Below the pieces are notes generated by a model, which was not told where the DNA came from, did not search any database, and worked only from the letters and a program-made list of their open reading frames with translations. 64,000 bases of DNA, from sequence record MW879340.1; one strand, 5' to 3'. The position numbers were made by a program, and so were the translations under genes. Position 1 is the first letter of the stretch; each line of letters opens with the position of its first letter. Of this stretch, positions 38,818 through 47,525 are shown piece after piece.

Positions 38818-39414
38818 ATGAGAGAGTTCTACATTACGCGCGTTGGGGATTCCCATACCTTCAACGGCGATAAAGTTGAAGGTGCGATTGGTATTACTGC
38901 GAAAAACATGAAAGGCAACGAATACACGCTACGATTGTTGCCGGGGTTTGATCCTTACATGTCGTTGTTAATCGTGCGTAATGGTTTGTTAGGTTTATAC
39001 CGTTTCGATCGTCGCATGTCAGCCATGTCTGATCGTAGTGAAGTGGAAGGGATTGATCACGAAGCTATTTCAACCATTGCACGGGAACTAGGCCGTAACC
39101 TGCTTTCAGAAGAGTCTGGCGTGATTTTCTTAAAGCAGATCGTCGGTCAACTGATGTTCCCAGGTACCGTGGTCACCGTTGGGTCCAGTCCAGTGTATGC
39201 AGGTAACCAATTGGTCTTTACGTTAACGCAACAGCGCTTTAGTTTAAACTACGCCGTTGGGTTGGGTAAGATGCCGATCATGCACCTGAACGAACTGAAG
39301 AAAACAATAACCGGCATTGAGCCAACGTTTGCGAAGCTTTTTGCCAAGATGGTACGCAAGTCCTATGGTCGTGGCGTATCGGTAAGCTTTTCTAATTTGA
39401 TAATCAAACAATAA
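38818..39414 (+). CDS. Hypothetical protein
   Basis: GGAGGG RBS; 198 aa. Confidence 0.65.
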   Translation: MREFYITRVGDSHTFNGDKVEGAIGITAKNMKGNEYTLRLLPGFDPYMSLLIVRNGLLGLYRFDRRMSAMSDRSEVEGIDHEAISTIARELGRNLLSEESGVIFLKQIVGQLMFPGTVVTVGSSPVYAGNQLVFTLTQQRFSLNYAVGLGKMPIMHLNELKKTITGIEPTFAKLFAKMVRKSYGRGVSVSFSNLIIKQ

Positions 39415-39427
39415 AAGGGGTTTTACA

Positions 39428-40204
39428 ATGATTGGAGTTATGCGCGGTTGGTGGGTAGACTTTTGTGAACGCAACAACATCTGTCACTGGAACAACGGGA
39501 TTAAGTGGGGTCGTTACGGTAAGAACGTAAAGGTATACGGTATCGGTGTCGAATACCACTTCGGCATTAAGGCCAAACGTCTTATGTTGGGTCTTGATGT
39601 AGAGAACGGTGGCGAACACCTGGTGATGTTTAAGATCGGTGTACCGTTCCTCTTCAATTGCTACTTCCATCTCGATGCTGCACCAAACCGTTTCACTAAA
39701 TGGTTTGCCGGGACAGACTGCTGTTTGGGTGGTCGTGAAACCGGGTTCTCCATCAGTAAAGACTTCCTGTCGTTCAGCCTGCACAGGACCACTAACGGTT
39801 GGTCATCTGATAAGAACTGTGGTTATGGCGGGACGTATACCTGGGGCGATATCTTCCTGGGTGATCACAATGCCGATGATGTTGGTGTCGAGTACACCAC
39901 ACACGTGGGTAACGTCGGACCGTCTAAGGGTAAGCCTGAAGGCCAGAAGGACGTTGTGTTCGATGTCGAGATCAAGAAGCTACGCAGCCGTTACAGCCGC
40001 TGGTACATGTTCTGGTATCGTAAAGACTACGTCCGTATTGCCATGAAACCACGCGCTGAAATCATCGTGCCGGGTAAGGGTGAGAACTCTTATGATTGTG
40101 AAGATGAAAAGATGGGTGAGATCTCATTCGGCTGGGATACCAAAACCGTCGATGAAGCCCTGGTTGCGTATAACCAATCCCTCCATCGTTACATGACGCG
40201 CTGA
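39428..40204 (+). CDS. Hypothetical protein
   Basis: 258 aa, Trp/Gly-rich; AAGGGG RBS. Confidence 0.7.
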   Translation: MIGVMRGWWVDFCERNNICHWNNGIKWGRYGKNVKVYGIGVEYHFGIKAKRLMLGLDVENGGEHLVMFKIGVPFLFNCYFHLDAAPNRFTKWFAGTDCCLGGRETGFSISKDFLSFSLHRTTNGWSSDKNCGYGGTYTWGDIFLGDHNADDVGVEYTTHVGNVGPSKGKPEGQKDVVFDVEIKKLRSRYSRWYMFWYRKDYVRIAMKPRAEIIVPGKGENSYDCEDEKMGEISFGWDTKTVDEALVAYNQSLHRYMTR

Positions 40205-40211
40205 GGTCCCT

Positions 40212-40841
40212 GTGAAGCTGAGTGAATTAAAAGCCTACATTTACTGGGACTTTGACGACGTACTGGGTCGTACACACGCGCAGATGCTATACTTGCTGAA
40301 GTACATCTTCGGGTACGTTGCACCAGACGACATTTACTTAACTCCAGGTAACACTGACGGTCGGATGGCGTACATCCTCGACAACCCGACGTTCATGCGC
40401 ACTACCGGGTTTGACTATCGTGCGGTTGCTGCCTGGAAACGGATTCAGGAAATGTTCCCCAACATCGAGAATGGATTAGCCACGCACCGTGGTTACCATG
40501 CCGATGGTGAACCGCTTACGATGGCGTTGCTGGACGAGCACTGCTTTAAGTTTGACAGCTATCACTTTATCGATCCGGCGGTACACGGTAAAGACAAGAT
40601 GGCGTACCTGCGTGCGTTGCATGACCCTGACGACATTGTAATCCTGATTGATGACAACACGTTCTACGATCACGATCAGTACCCGAACTCGTTTACAGTG
40701 TTGATCGATAAACCCTGGAACCAACAGATCGCCCCCTCATCGGCTGGAATGCGTGTAGATACCTCTGGCATCTACGAAGCGGTGGAGGCACTGTTGTGTT
40801 TCGCCACCATAAAGGCACCATTCGATGAAAGAGCAGCCTAA
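40212..40841 (+). CDS. HAD-superfamily 5'(3')-deoxyribonucleotidase-like phosphatase
   Basis: Motif I YWDFDDVLG, ATHRG, motif IV ILIDD, LIDKPWN; GTG start with GAGG RBS. Confidence 0.8.
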   Translation: MKLSELKAYIYWDFDDVLGRTHAQMLYLLKYIFGYVAPDDIYLTPGNTDGRMAYILDNPTFMRTTGFDYRAVAAWKRIQEMFPNIENGLATHRGYHADGEPLTMALLDEHCFKFDSYHFIDPAVHGKDKMAYLRALHDPDDIVILIDDNTFYDHDQYPNSFTVLIDKPWNQQIAPSSAGMRVDTSGIYEAVEALLCFATIKAPFDERAA

Positions 40842-41268
40842 CGTAAAAATGTCGGTTGACATGGGTCGCGCATTCATGCTGGCCGAATACCCCTGGTATG
40901 ATACGGACATGTGTCGTTCTAGCCAGGGATTGATTATCCCGCACAACGATTGCCCGGCGGCAGAGAAGATCAAGTACACGCTGTGTCGTCACGCATTGAA
41001 CTGTTATGACAAGAACAGTAAGGTGTTGGACCACGATAGCGTGTTAGAGCTTCTCTGGTTCACGTACGGGTTTGTTCCTTGTGGTGTTGAACACAAAGGT
41101 GTCATCTACCGTATCCTGGTTGCATTGCGCGGTGCGTGCTGGATTGATAAGCCACCTATCGAGTTGGTTGATCCAGACTGCCCTGGTTACAAGCTGTTGT
41201 TTGAGCAGCTGATGCGTATTCGTGCTTCCGTACTTAACTTGCTTAGTCAAGAAAGACAAATGCGCTAA
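40825..41268 (+). CDS. Hypothetical protein
   Basis: 147-aa ORF overlapping the HAD gene end. Confidence 0.6.
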   Translation: MKEQPNVKMSVDMGRAFMLAEYPWYDTDMCRSSQGLIIPHNDCPAAEKIKYTLCRHALNCYDKNSKVLDHDSVLELLWFTYGFVPCGVEHKGVIYRILVALRGACWIDKPPIELVDPDCPGYKLLFEQLMRIRASVLNLLSQERQMR

Positions 41269-41304
41269 TACTTATGTCATTCATTCAATAAAAGAGATTG
41301 TATC

Positions 41305-41883
41305 ATGAACCACGTTTTCTTTTCTCGAGAGCATTTGCTGGTTGTGTATGTAGAAGGTGAACCGCATCCGAAACCGGAAGGGATGGGTGAAACTGCACTG
41401 CTGGATTTGACTAACTGGCCGTGTGACATCATGCCGATTAACGAAACCCAGTGCATGGTGTTCGCTGACCCTGGCTTCATGACCACCTTCGGTTCTGGCT
41501 TTACGCTGAACGGCGAACTGGTAACCGGTTCCCTGGTGTGGCGTGATCGCTTCCTGTATCGCTACAGCTACGAGAAGGAACTTGACCTGATCGGTGATTT
41601 CCCATCAGGCTGGCACAACCTGTCTCGTGACTTCTACGTCAACAAGCTTGAGAACGGTGAACTCTACGACGAGCTGATTGCAACTGCCAACCGTGCAGAC
41701 AACGTCAACGAAACCAAAGAGTACCAGGACCAGTTCGTTGCGCGTATGCTGCGTCTGTTCGTGAAGTACAACGTGCCGGCTCAGTTTGGTTACTGCATCA
41801 ACGTACGTAACGGCTGCATGTCCCGCGTCAACCGTGCACGTATGAAAGAGCTGGAAGAGAAAGCTCGTAACGCCAAAAACTAA
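41305..41883 (+). CDS. Hypothetical protein
   Basis: 192 aa with strong high-expression codon bias (ctg, ggt, aac); followed by a terminator. Confidence 0.7.
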   Translation: MNHVFFSREHLLVVYVEGEPHPKPEGMGETALLDLTNWPCDIMPINETQCMVFADPGFMTTFGSGFTLNGELVTGSLVWRDRFLYRYSYEKELDLIGDFPSGWHNLSRDFYVNKLENGELYDELIATANRADNVNETKEYQDQFVARMLRLFVKYNVPAQFGYCINVRNGCMSRVNRARMKELEEKARNAKN

Positions 41884-41893
41884 ATCATAATTG

Positions 41894-41934
41894 GATCGGT
41901 CTCCTGCTTCGGCGGGAGATTGATCTTTTTATGC
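41894..41934 (+). terminator. Rho-independent terminator
   Basis: gatcggtctcctgc-ttcg-gcgggagattgatc then ttttt-atgc. Confidence 0.75.
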
Positions 41935-41951
41935 TGCATTATTTTTCACAT

Positions 41952-41960
41952 CTACATTAC
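41952..41960 (+). promoter_or_regulatory. Early promoter motif CTACATTAC
   Basis: Just downstream of the terminator; followed by tccagtga. Confidence 0.65.
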
Positions 41961-42031
41961 TCCAGTGATACCTCGGTTATTCTGAACATAATCCCCTTAG
42001 AATATGAACCCCGTTTCAGCGGAGATTTAAC

Positions 42032-42325
42032 ATGTTAGAACATGCGATGTTGATTGTCGGTGTTAAGTTCATCGTCAGCTGTACCATTGTGTTAATTGCA
42101 GAACGTCAACAATCCAAACCGTATTATTACCTGTGTGAAATTATTCTCGGGAGTGCGGTCATTGCTGTAGTCCCATTACTGGGCCACGTAGCACTGTATT
42201 TCTTAACTGCATACAACCTACGTCAATACCCGTACGGAATTATCCGTGCATGGTTATGGCCTGTTGAATTGTATCGTTCAGCGTACAAGTATTTGTTTCG
42301 TCGTTACCCATTTCGTAAACTGTAA
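42032..42325 (+). CDS. Small membrane protein
   Basis: Hydrophobic segments; GGAG RBS; WLWP motif. Confidence 0.65.
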   Translation: MLEHAMLIVGVKFIVSCTIVLIAERQQSKPYYYLCEIILGSAVIAVVPLLGHVALYFLTAYNLRQYPYGIIRAWLWPVELYRSAYKYLFRRYPFRKL

Positions 42326-42334
42326 GGGAATCTC

Positions 42335-42883
42335 ATGTCACTCGTAGATAAGTTTAAAAACTGGAAGCCACAAAAGCAACGTGAACTGTTAGAGCAGCTG
42401 CTGATGATTCATGCCGGCACTGACGGTGCAACACTGCTTTATGGTAAGCCAGACACGGTTAACGTTGCCTGGCACGATTCAGCCGAAACCATCCACCGTG
42501 CGTATTGGGACCCCGTGTGCCAACGTGAACAGATTCCTTACGAGGAGTTGTTCTCACGCATGACACTGGAAACTGGTACGAATGGTGCCGGTGATACGGT
42601 TGGTAACACACCAGAGCAAGTGCTGTCGGGTATTCGTACACAGGGCTGCTGGGCGTTCGTGGATTATAATGCACGTACCCTTCATCTGTGGGTTGGTCCA
42701 ACGGCGGAGCAGGGGATGGTCATGCAAATGATCACCTCTGAACTCAGTCACCTGACACCTGATCGTTGGACCGATGATCAGTTAGAGGAACTGCGTGCTG
42801 AACAGTTTGGTTACGTCGGCAATATTGCATTGCAGATCTTTAACCAGGCCATGGAACAACGCGCTGCAAAACTGGAGGGCTAG
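42335..42883 (+). CDS. Hypothetical protein
   Basis: 182 aa; AAGGG RBS. Confidence 0.65.
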   Translation: MSLVDKFKNWKPQKQRELLEQLLMIHAGTDGATLLYGKPDTVNVAWHDSAETIHRAYWDPVCQREQIPYEELFSRMTLETGTNGAGDTVGNTPEQVLSGIRTQGCWAFVDYNARTLHLWVGPTAEQGMVMQMITSELSHLTPDRWTDDQLEELRAEQFGYVGNIALQIFNQAMEQRAAKLEG

Positions 42884-42884
42884 C

Positions 42885-43109
42885 ATGTGGTCGCCACTAT
42901 TCTATCTCTTATTGGGGTGGTTCATTTCGTCTGTCATGTTGCATTTCGGCGAGAGGCGGGGTATTCGTACGACGAATCCACGCGCTGAACTACCCGGCTT
43001 TATGTCGTGATGGGGGATCTTCTCCTACCCACTCAAAGCGATTGCCCGGACCATTTGGGCAGTCATCAGCTGGTTCTATGAACTGGCGTGGCGTATGGTA
43101 AAAGGATAA
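42885..43109 (+). pseudogene. Small membrane protein gene with an in-frame TGA at 43008-43010 (nonsense allele or readthrough)
   Basis: GGAGG RBS; MWSPLFYLLLGWFISSVMLHFGERRGIRTTNPRAELPGFMS*WGIFSYPLKAIARTIWAVISWFYELAWRMVKG*; the post-TGA frame stays protein-like and ends 6 nt before the next start. Confidence 0.55.
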
Positions 43110-43115
43110 TAATAA

Positions 43116-44222
43116 ATGTCGGCAAGCTATCTGCTGATTGTCTTTATTCCAGCGATGCTGTGGGTGTTGGTCAGCAAACTCATCTTCAGAAAAACGATTA
43201 CCATGATGGAGTGGTGCATCCAGTGTGGTGCGCTTGTCGTGGTGTCGTTACTGATATGGGGGATTATCGCGATGGGAAGCCTCACGATGTCGTATGACAC
43301 GGAGGTGTTGAATGGCTACATCACCAGCAAAGAGTCTGTGCGGGTTACTTGTACGCACGAACACAAATGTGGTGAAACGTGCCGTAAGGGTGATGACGGT
43401 AAACTGCACTGCAAGCCTAAGTACTGCAAAGACCATGCTTACGACGTAGACTGGGACGTGCATTCGACGGTAGGGTCGTTTACCATTGATCGTTTGGACA
43501 GGCGTGGTCTGCAAGAACCGCCTCGCTGGACAAACGTAGTGATTGGTGAACCGGCGGCAAGGGAGTCTTATGCACAGAACTACATGCTGCTGCAAGAAGG
43601 CCACTTCAACACGTCTGATTCGATTATCTCGAAGTACCTGAATCAGATCCCTAAGTACCCGAGCACGTTTGACTACTACCGCTACAACCGCGTCATCAAC
43701 CAAACGACAACGGACTACGGCTGGATCAATACCTACCTGAACGATCAACTCCGTCAGATGGGTAAAGAGAAGCAGTTGAACGTCATCGTAGTAATCACGG
43801 ACAAACCGTACGATTATTATACGGCGATACGGCAAGAGTGGCAGGGTACCAAACGCAACGACGTCCAGTTGTACTTTGGCTTAGACGCAGACGGTAACAT
43901 CGTCTGGTTCAAAGCTGACTCGTTTGCTGATGGTCAATCCAATGCGACCATGCTGGAGTCTCTGCGTATTCCGACCCTGGATGCGAAGATTACTCCGGAG
44001 CTGATTAACGAACAGCTCTTGATCATCAAAGAGAAGTTTGTGCGTCTGCCAAATGAAAAATTGGAATACCTGAAAGATCAATGGTCGCCATCCATTGGCT
44101 TCATTACGTTCCTGACCATCCTTAACCTCCTTGTGGCTATCGGTATTAGTTATTGGCTACACAAAGATGACCTCGGAGAGTTTAAGTTCTTAAACAAAAA
44201 TAAATCACGCAGTTACTATTAA
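43116..44222 (+). CDS. Multi-pass membrane protein with large periplasmic domain (TPM-like C-terminal part)
   Basis: Two N-terminal TMDs, Cys-rich insert, LNVIVVITD...W.GTKRND..LYFG block, C-terminal TMD. Confidence 0.7.
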   Translation: MSASYLLIVFIPAMLWVLVSKLIFRKTITMMEWCIQCGALVVVSLLIWGIIAMGSLTMSYDTEVLNGYITSKESVRVTCTHEHKCGETCRKGDDGKLHCKPKYCKDHAYDVDWDVHSTVGSFTIDRLDRRGLQEPPRWTNVVIGEPAARESYAQNYMLLQEGHFNTSDSIISKYLNQIPKYPSTFDYYRYNRVINQTTTDYGWINTYLNDQLRQMGKEKQLNVIVVITDKPYDYYTAIRQEWQGTKRNDVQLYFGLDADGNIVWFKADSFADGQSNATMLESLRIPTLDAKITPELINEQLLIIKEKFVRLPNEKLEYLKDQWSPSIGFITFLTILNLLVAIGISYWLHKDDLGEFKFLNKNKSRSYY

Positions 44223-44839
44223 TGGAGAACAACATGAGTTACGTTGAACAGCAGCAGCAAAAGAAAAAGATGGGTGCCGGTGTTATTGTGGCGATCGTCT
44301 TTGGCATCATCTTTGCGCTGGGTGCTCTGGTAGTGGGTATTGGGGTAATGGCTTACGTCGGCGCCGCTAACAAAGGTAACCAGATGGAAAACTCCATCGA
44401 CCAACTGCGTCAAAACTCAGCATCAAACCTGAGTAACTTGACTCAGAGCATCCAGGAACAAGCCCAGGTTCCTGAGATGGCCAAAGACCATCTGAAAGAA
44501 ATCATTGAAGCACAGATGTCTGGGCGCTATGGTAAGGATGGTTCGAAAGCGGTGTTCCAGTTCCTGAAAGAACAGAACCTGCAAGTTGACCAACGTATGT
44601 ACCTGAACATCCAGGCTACAATGGCCGGTGGACGTAAAGAGTTTGAAATCACTCAGAACCGTCTCATGTCCCAATGCACCGCGTATAAGAATGAGATCGG
44701 TAACGTGTGGTCTGGCTTCTGGATGCGTTTAGCCGGCTACCCTAAGATTGATGTTAAAACCGTTTGTCGTGCAGTAACGGACAGCAAAACCGATGCGGCA
44801 TTCGAAACCGGTCAGCAGACTAAAATCAGTCTGAAGTAA
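44222..44839 (+). CDS. Single-TMD helical protein (LemA-like)
   Basis: KKK plus hydrophobic TMD, helical body, WSGFWMRLAGYP near the C-terminus; TAATG coupling. Confidence 0.6.
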   Translation: MENNMSYVEQQQQKKKMGAGVIVAIVFGIIFALGALVVGIGVMAYVGAANKGNQMENSIDQLRQNSASNLSNLTQSIQEQAQVPEMAKDHLKEIIEAQMSGRYGKDGSKAVFQFLKEQNLQVDQRMYLNIQATMAGGRKEFEITQNRLMSQCTAYKNEIGNVWSGFWMRLAGYPKIDVKTVCRAVTDSKTDAAFETGQQTKISLK

Positions 44840-44868
44840 TTAAAATAAGAAAGTAGTGCGCTAAACAA

Positions 44869-44892
44869 GGGAGGGCTTCGGCCCTCTCTTTA
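44869..44892 (+). terminator. Hairpin terminator
   Basis: gggagggc-ttcg-gccctctc followed by tttt. Confidence 0.7.
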
Positions 44893-44933
44893 TAACCAAA
44901 TACCAAATTTAACTTGTTGGAGTAATAAAGATC

Positions 44934-46442
44934 ATGGCTAATAACTATCTGGCACTCGTAGAACATTGCACCCACCTGATCAACAACCAGCCTGGTGGAA
45001 TCACCTGGTCACGTTTGCTAGAGCGTGTTAACTCGTTAAATGGCGCAAGCAAGCGCGAAAAGACCCAAGTATTTACCTACCTGAAAAAGAGACCTACTAT
45101 TTGGAACAATAACGCTGACGACATGTCAGACACCTTATTTATGGCCGGCACAGAAGTGTCAGCAAGTGAATTAGCCGAAACCAACACGACGACGGTTTCT
45201 GCTAAAGCCACTGAACGTAAAGAACGTTTGAAGAAGTTTGAAAAGATCAACACGGACAAAACCATCAAGGCGGTTGCGCATCCAACCCCAACCCCTGCCC
45301 GCACTGTTGCCAAGGTCACCCGCATGCCAACTGCTAAAACTGGTATTATCTTTGGAGATAACCACTTGATCGATGAAACCGATGTGATAGCCGAAATGGC
45401 GTGGCACGTATACGAGTCCGGTGAACACGGCATGACCATCAGCTCACTGCGCATGTCTGTTCCAGAGTTCTCTGAATGCAGCGACCCAGACCGCGCGTAT
45501 CTGTTGGTACAGATGCGTCAACGTTTTGGTATCGGGTACTACGAGAAAGAAACCATCGGTGACCGTGTCATCAAGGTGCTGGCCAAACGTACGGGGAGCG
45601 ATTACCGCATTAACCGCGGTGACTGGTTTGTGAAGATGGGCCGTGAGTCGTTCAAACGCCCTGACACCAATCTGGTTGAGCTTCGTCCGCAGGTAGCCAC
45701 CTTTGGTAGCGTGGGCGGTAACTCACTGGCAGACCAGCTGTCTAAACTGAATGCATCGGAACTGTTCAATAAGAACGCCGGCGCAGTGCAGGACGAGTTC
45801 GACGAGGACGAAGACGACGAAGGTATGGAGATGGATGGTAAGCTTGACCAGAATAAAATGGTTAAGACTATTCTTGCCGCGGATATCCCAGCTACCATGG
45901 CACACGTAACGGCGAGTAAGGCAACCGACACGATCACCAGTGTTATTAAGTCAGACGGTAAAGTTGAACCGTTGCCACCGTTGGCTAAACCGTCTCGTGA
46001 CTTTGTGCGTAACTGGGGTAATCGCCGTCCACAGCCGGAGCAGGCTGCTGTATCAGTGCCGGCTGCTAAGCCTGGTATCTCTGGTCATTCAGGTTTCACT
46101 GAGATTCCTAAAGACCTGCTGCCGAAGACCTTCACGCAAGCGCATGATGAAACCACCGCTAAGCCGGCTGTAATGCCTTCTGTCGCACCGAAAGCCGAAC
46201 CTCAGGCAACCACAGTGTCGCAGCAGGATATCGCTCAGACGGCTGATGTGTTGCGTCTGGTGGCGGCGCAGCTGGAAGCTCACACGCAGACCAACACGGC
46301 ACTGCAAGAGAAGAAGGCGCGTTTCGATGTATTGATGCGTATGGCGCGTGAAAGCTCAGTGCAGATTCAAACAGCACTGGACTCTCACAACGACCTGTTG
46401 GACGAACTGCAACGTGCAGCTAACGACCTGACTTCACTCTAA
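44934..46442 (+). CDS. Hypothetical protein with possible winged-helix domains and C-terminal coiled coil
   Basis: GGITWSRLLERV and HGMTISSLRMSV segments; low-complexity linker; coiled-coil end. Confidence 0.65.
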   Translation: MANNYLALVEHCTHLINNQPGGITWSRLLERVNSLNGASKREKTQVFTYLKKRPTIWNNNADDMSDTLFMAGTEVSASELAETNTTTVSAKATERKERLKKFEKINTDKTIKAVAHPTPTPARTVAKVTRMPTAKTGIIFGDNHLIDETDVIAEMAWHVYESGEHGMTISSLRMSVPEFSECSDPDRAYLLVQMRQRFGIGYYEKETIGDRVIKVLAKRTGSDYRINRGDWFVKMGRESFKRPDTNLVELRPQVATFGSVGGNSLADQLSKLNASELFNKNAGAVQDEFDEDEDDEGMEMDGKLDQNKMVKTILAADIPATMAHVTASKATDTITSVIKSDGKVEPLPPLAKPSRDFVRNWGNRRPQPEQAAVSVPAAKPGISGHSGFTEIPKDLLPKTFTQAHDETTAKPAVMPSVAPKAEPQATTVSQQDIAQTADVLRLVAAQLEAHTQTNTALQEKKARFDVLMRMARESSVQIQTALDSHNDLLDELQRAANDLTSL

Positions 46443-47239
46443 TGGGAGCTGTCATGATTAACCCTGCACACGTTGGAACTCCAGACCCTAAGATGCTGAC
46501 TTTGTTGGCAGACTTACTGGAAGAGCAGTTTGGCGTAAGTGAACGTGCAAAGCAGGCATCCGCAACACTGGATCGTTTATGTGTTGAACTTGAGGAGTCT
46601 AAACAACTCCTCAATAAACTCTGGACAGAACGTGAAGTCATTATGGCGGAACTGTTTGCCCTGAGTGAAGAGATGTCGGCCTTGTTAACGGAAGAGAATC
46701 AACTCAATACATTCTCCAGTGAAATTATCATTGATAACATCATTGTGGAAATTGAGATTCAATTCCGTGTCGTAACACGCAACGGGAACCCGGGTCGTGC
46801 GATTGATGCCATTGCTATTAAGCAAGGTAAAGAACGCGTAGACATCGTTTCCCAGAACAGCACAACGCTTGTGGTGTATGAAGACAAAGAGCTGATCATG
46901 GATACTGCGATCAACTCTCTGGGCGGAAGCACTATGGAAGATGCGTTGCGTTTCGTCATGACTGCCGTTGAGCGCTGGACGTTAGAACATCGTCACGATA
47001 ACCACTTTGACTTGGTTATCAAGTTGCTGATCAAATGTCAAGTCATTATCCATCCGATTGAGAAGGTGGTCAACCCAACACCTGCTCCGGTCGAACCTGA
47101 ATCTGAAACTCAAAGCACTCGTGCACCCCACACCCGTACTTACATACCACGCGGAAAAACGTTCTGGCGCGAAGGTTATTATCGCACCAGCTGTAACGGC
47201 GTGCGCCATTGGGTTGAAGGTCACGAATACACTCGCTAA
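46442..47239 (+). CDS. Hypothetical coiled-coil protein with basic C-terminal motif
   Basis: TAATG coupling; C-terminal RGKTFWREGYYR...HWVEGH. Confidence 0.65.
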   Translation: MGAVMINPAHVGTPDPKMLTLLADLLEEQFGVSERAKQASATLDRLCVELEESKQLLNKLWTEREVIMAELFALSEEMSALLTEENQLNTFSSEIIIDNIIVEIEIQFRVVTRNGNPGRAIDAIAIKQGKERVDIVSQNSTTLVVYEDKELIMDTAINSLGGSTMEDALRFVMTAVERWTLEHRHDNHFDLVIKLLIKCQVIIHPIEKVVNPTPAPVEPESETQSTRAPHTRTYIPRGKTFWREGYYRTSCNGVRHWVEGHEYTR

Positions 47240-47251
47240 TAAGGAAATGAA

Positions 47252-47416
47252 ATGGAAGAGAAGTTCTCCCTGAAAGATGTTGCTAAACTGCTGGGCATCA
47301 GCGTAAAGTCCATGAAGATTCGTGTGGCTACTGGTAAGTTCAAACAGCCAGATGAACGTAAAGCCGGCGCGCTGTACTGGACACGCGAATCGCTGTCCGA
47401 CGTCCTGCCTAAGTAA
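47252..47416 (+). CDS. AlpA/excisionase-like HTH DNA-binding protein (54 aa; missing from the ORF track)
   Basis: MEEKFSLKDVAKLLGISVKSMKIRVATGKFKQPDERKAGALYWTRESLSDVLPK; AAGGA RBS; followed by a terminator. Confidence 0.8.
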   Translation: MEEKFSLKDVAKLLGISVKSMKIRVATGKFKQPDERKAGALYWTRESLSDVLPK

Positions 47417-47427
47417 GCGGCATAACG

Positions 47428-47460
47428 GTAGGGGCTTCGGCCCCTACTGCTTTCTTTTTT
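47428..47460 (+). terminator. Rho-independent terminator
   Basis: gtaggggc-ttcg-gcccctac then a T-rich tract. Confidence 0.8.
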
Positions 47461-47474
47461 ATTTGTTTTGAAGC

Positions 47475-47483
47475 CTACATTAC
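47475..47483 (+). promoter_or_regulatory. Early promoter motif CTACATTAC
   Basis: Intergenic, after the terminator, upstream of 47526. Confidence 0.65.
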
Positions 47484-47525
47484 TAAGATGGCATAGACAA
47501 CTTAATTTAAAAAGGAACACTTGAC

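Noticed and set aside
47236-47520. 94-aa - strand ORF from the track
   Set aside because: It overlaps a terminator and the real + strand HTH gene at 47252-47416.
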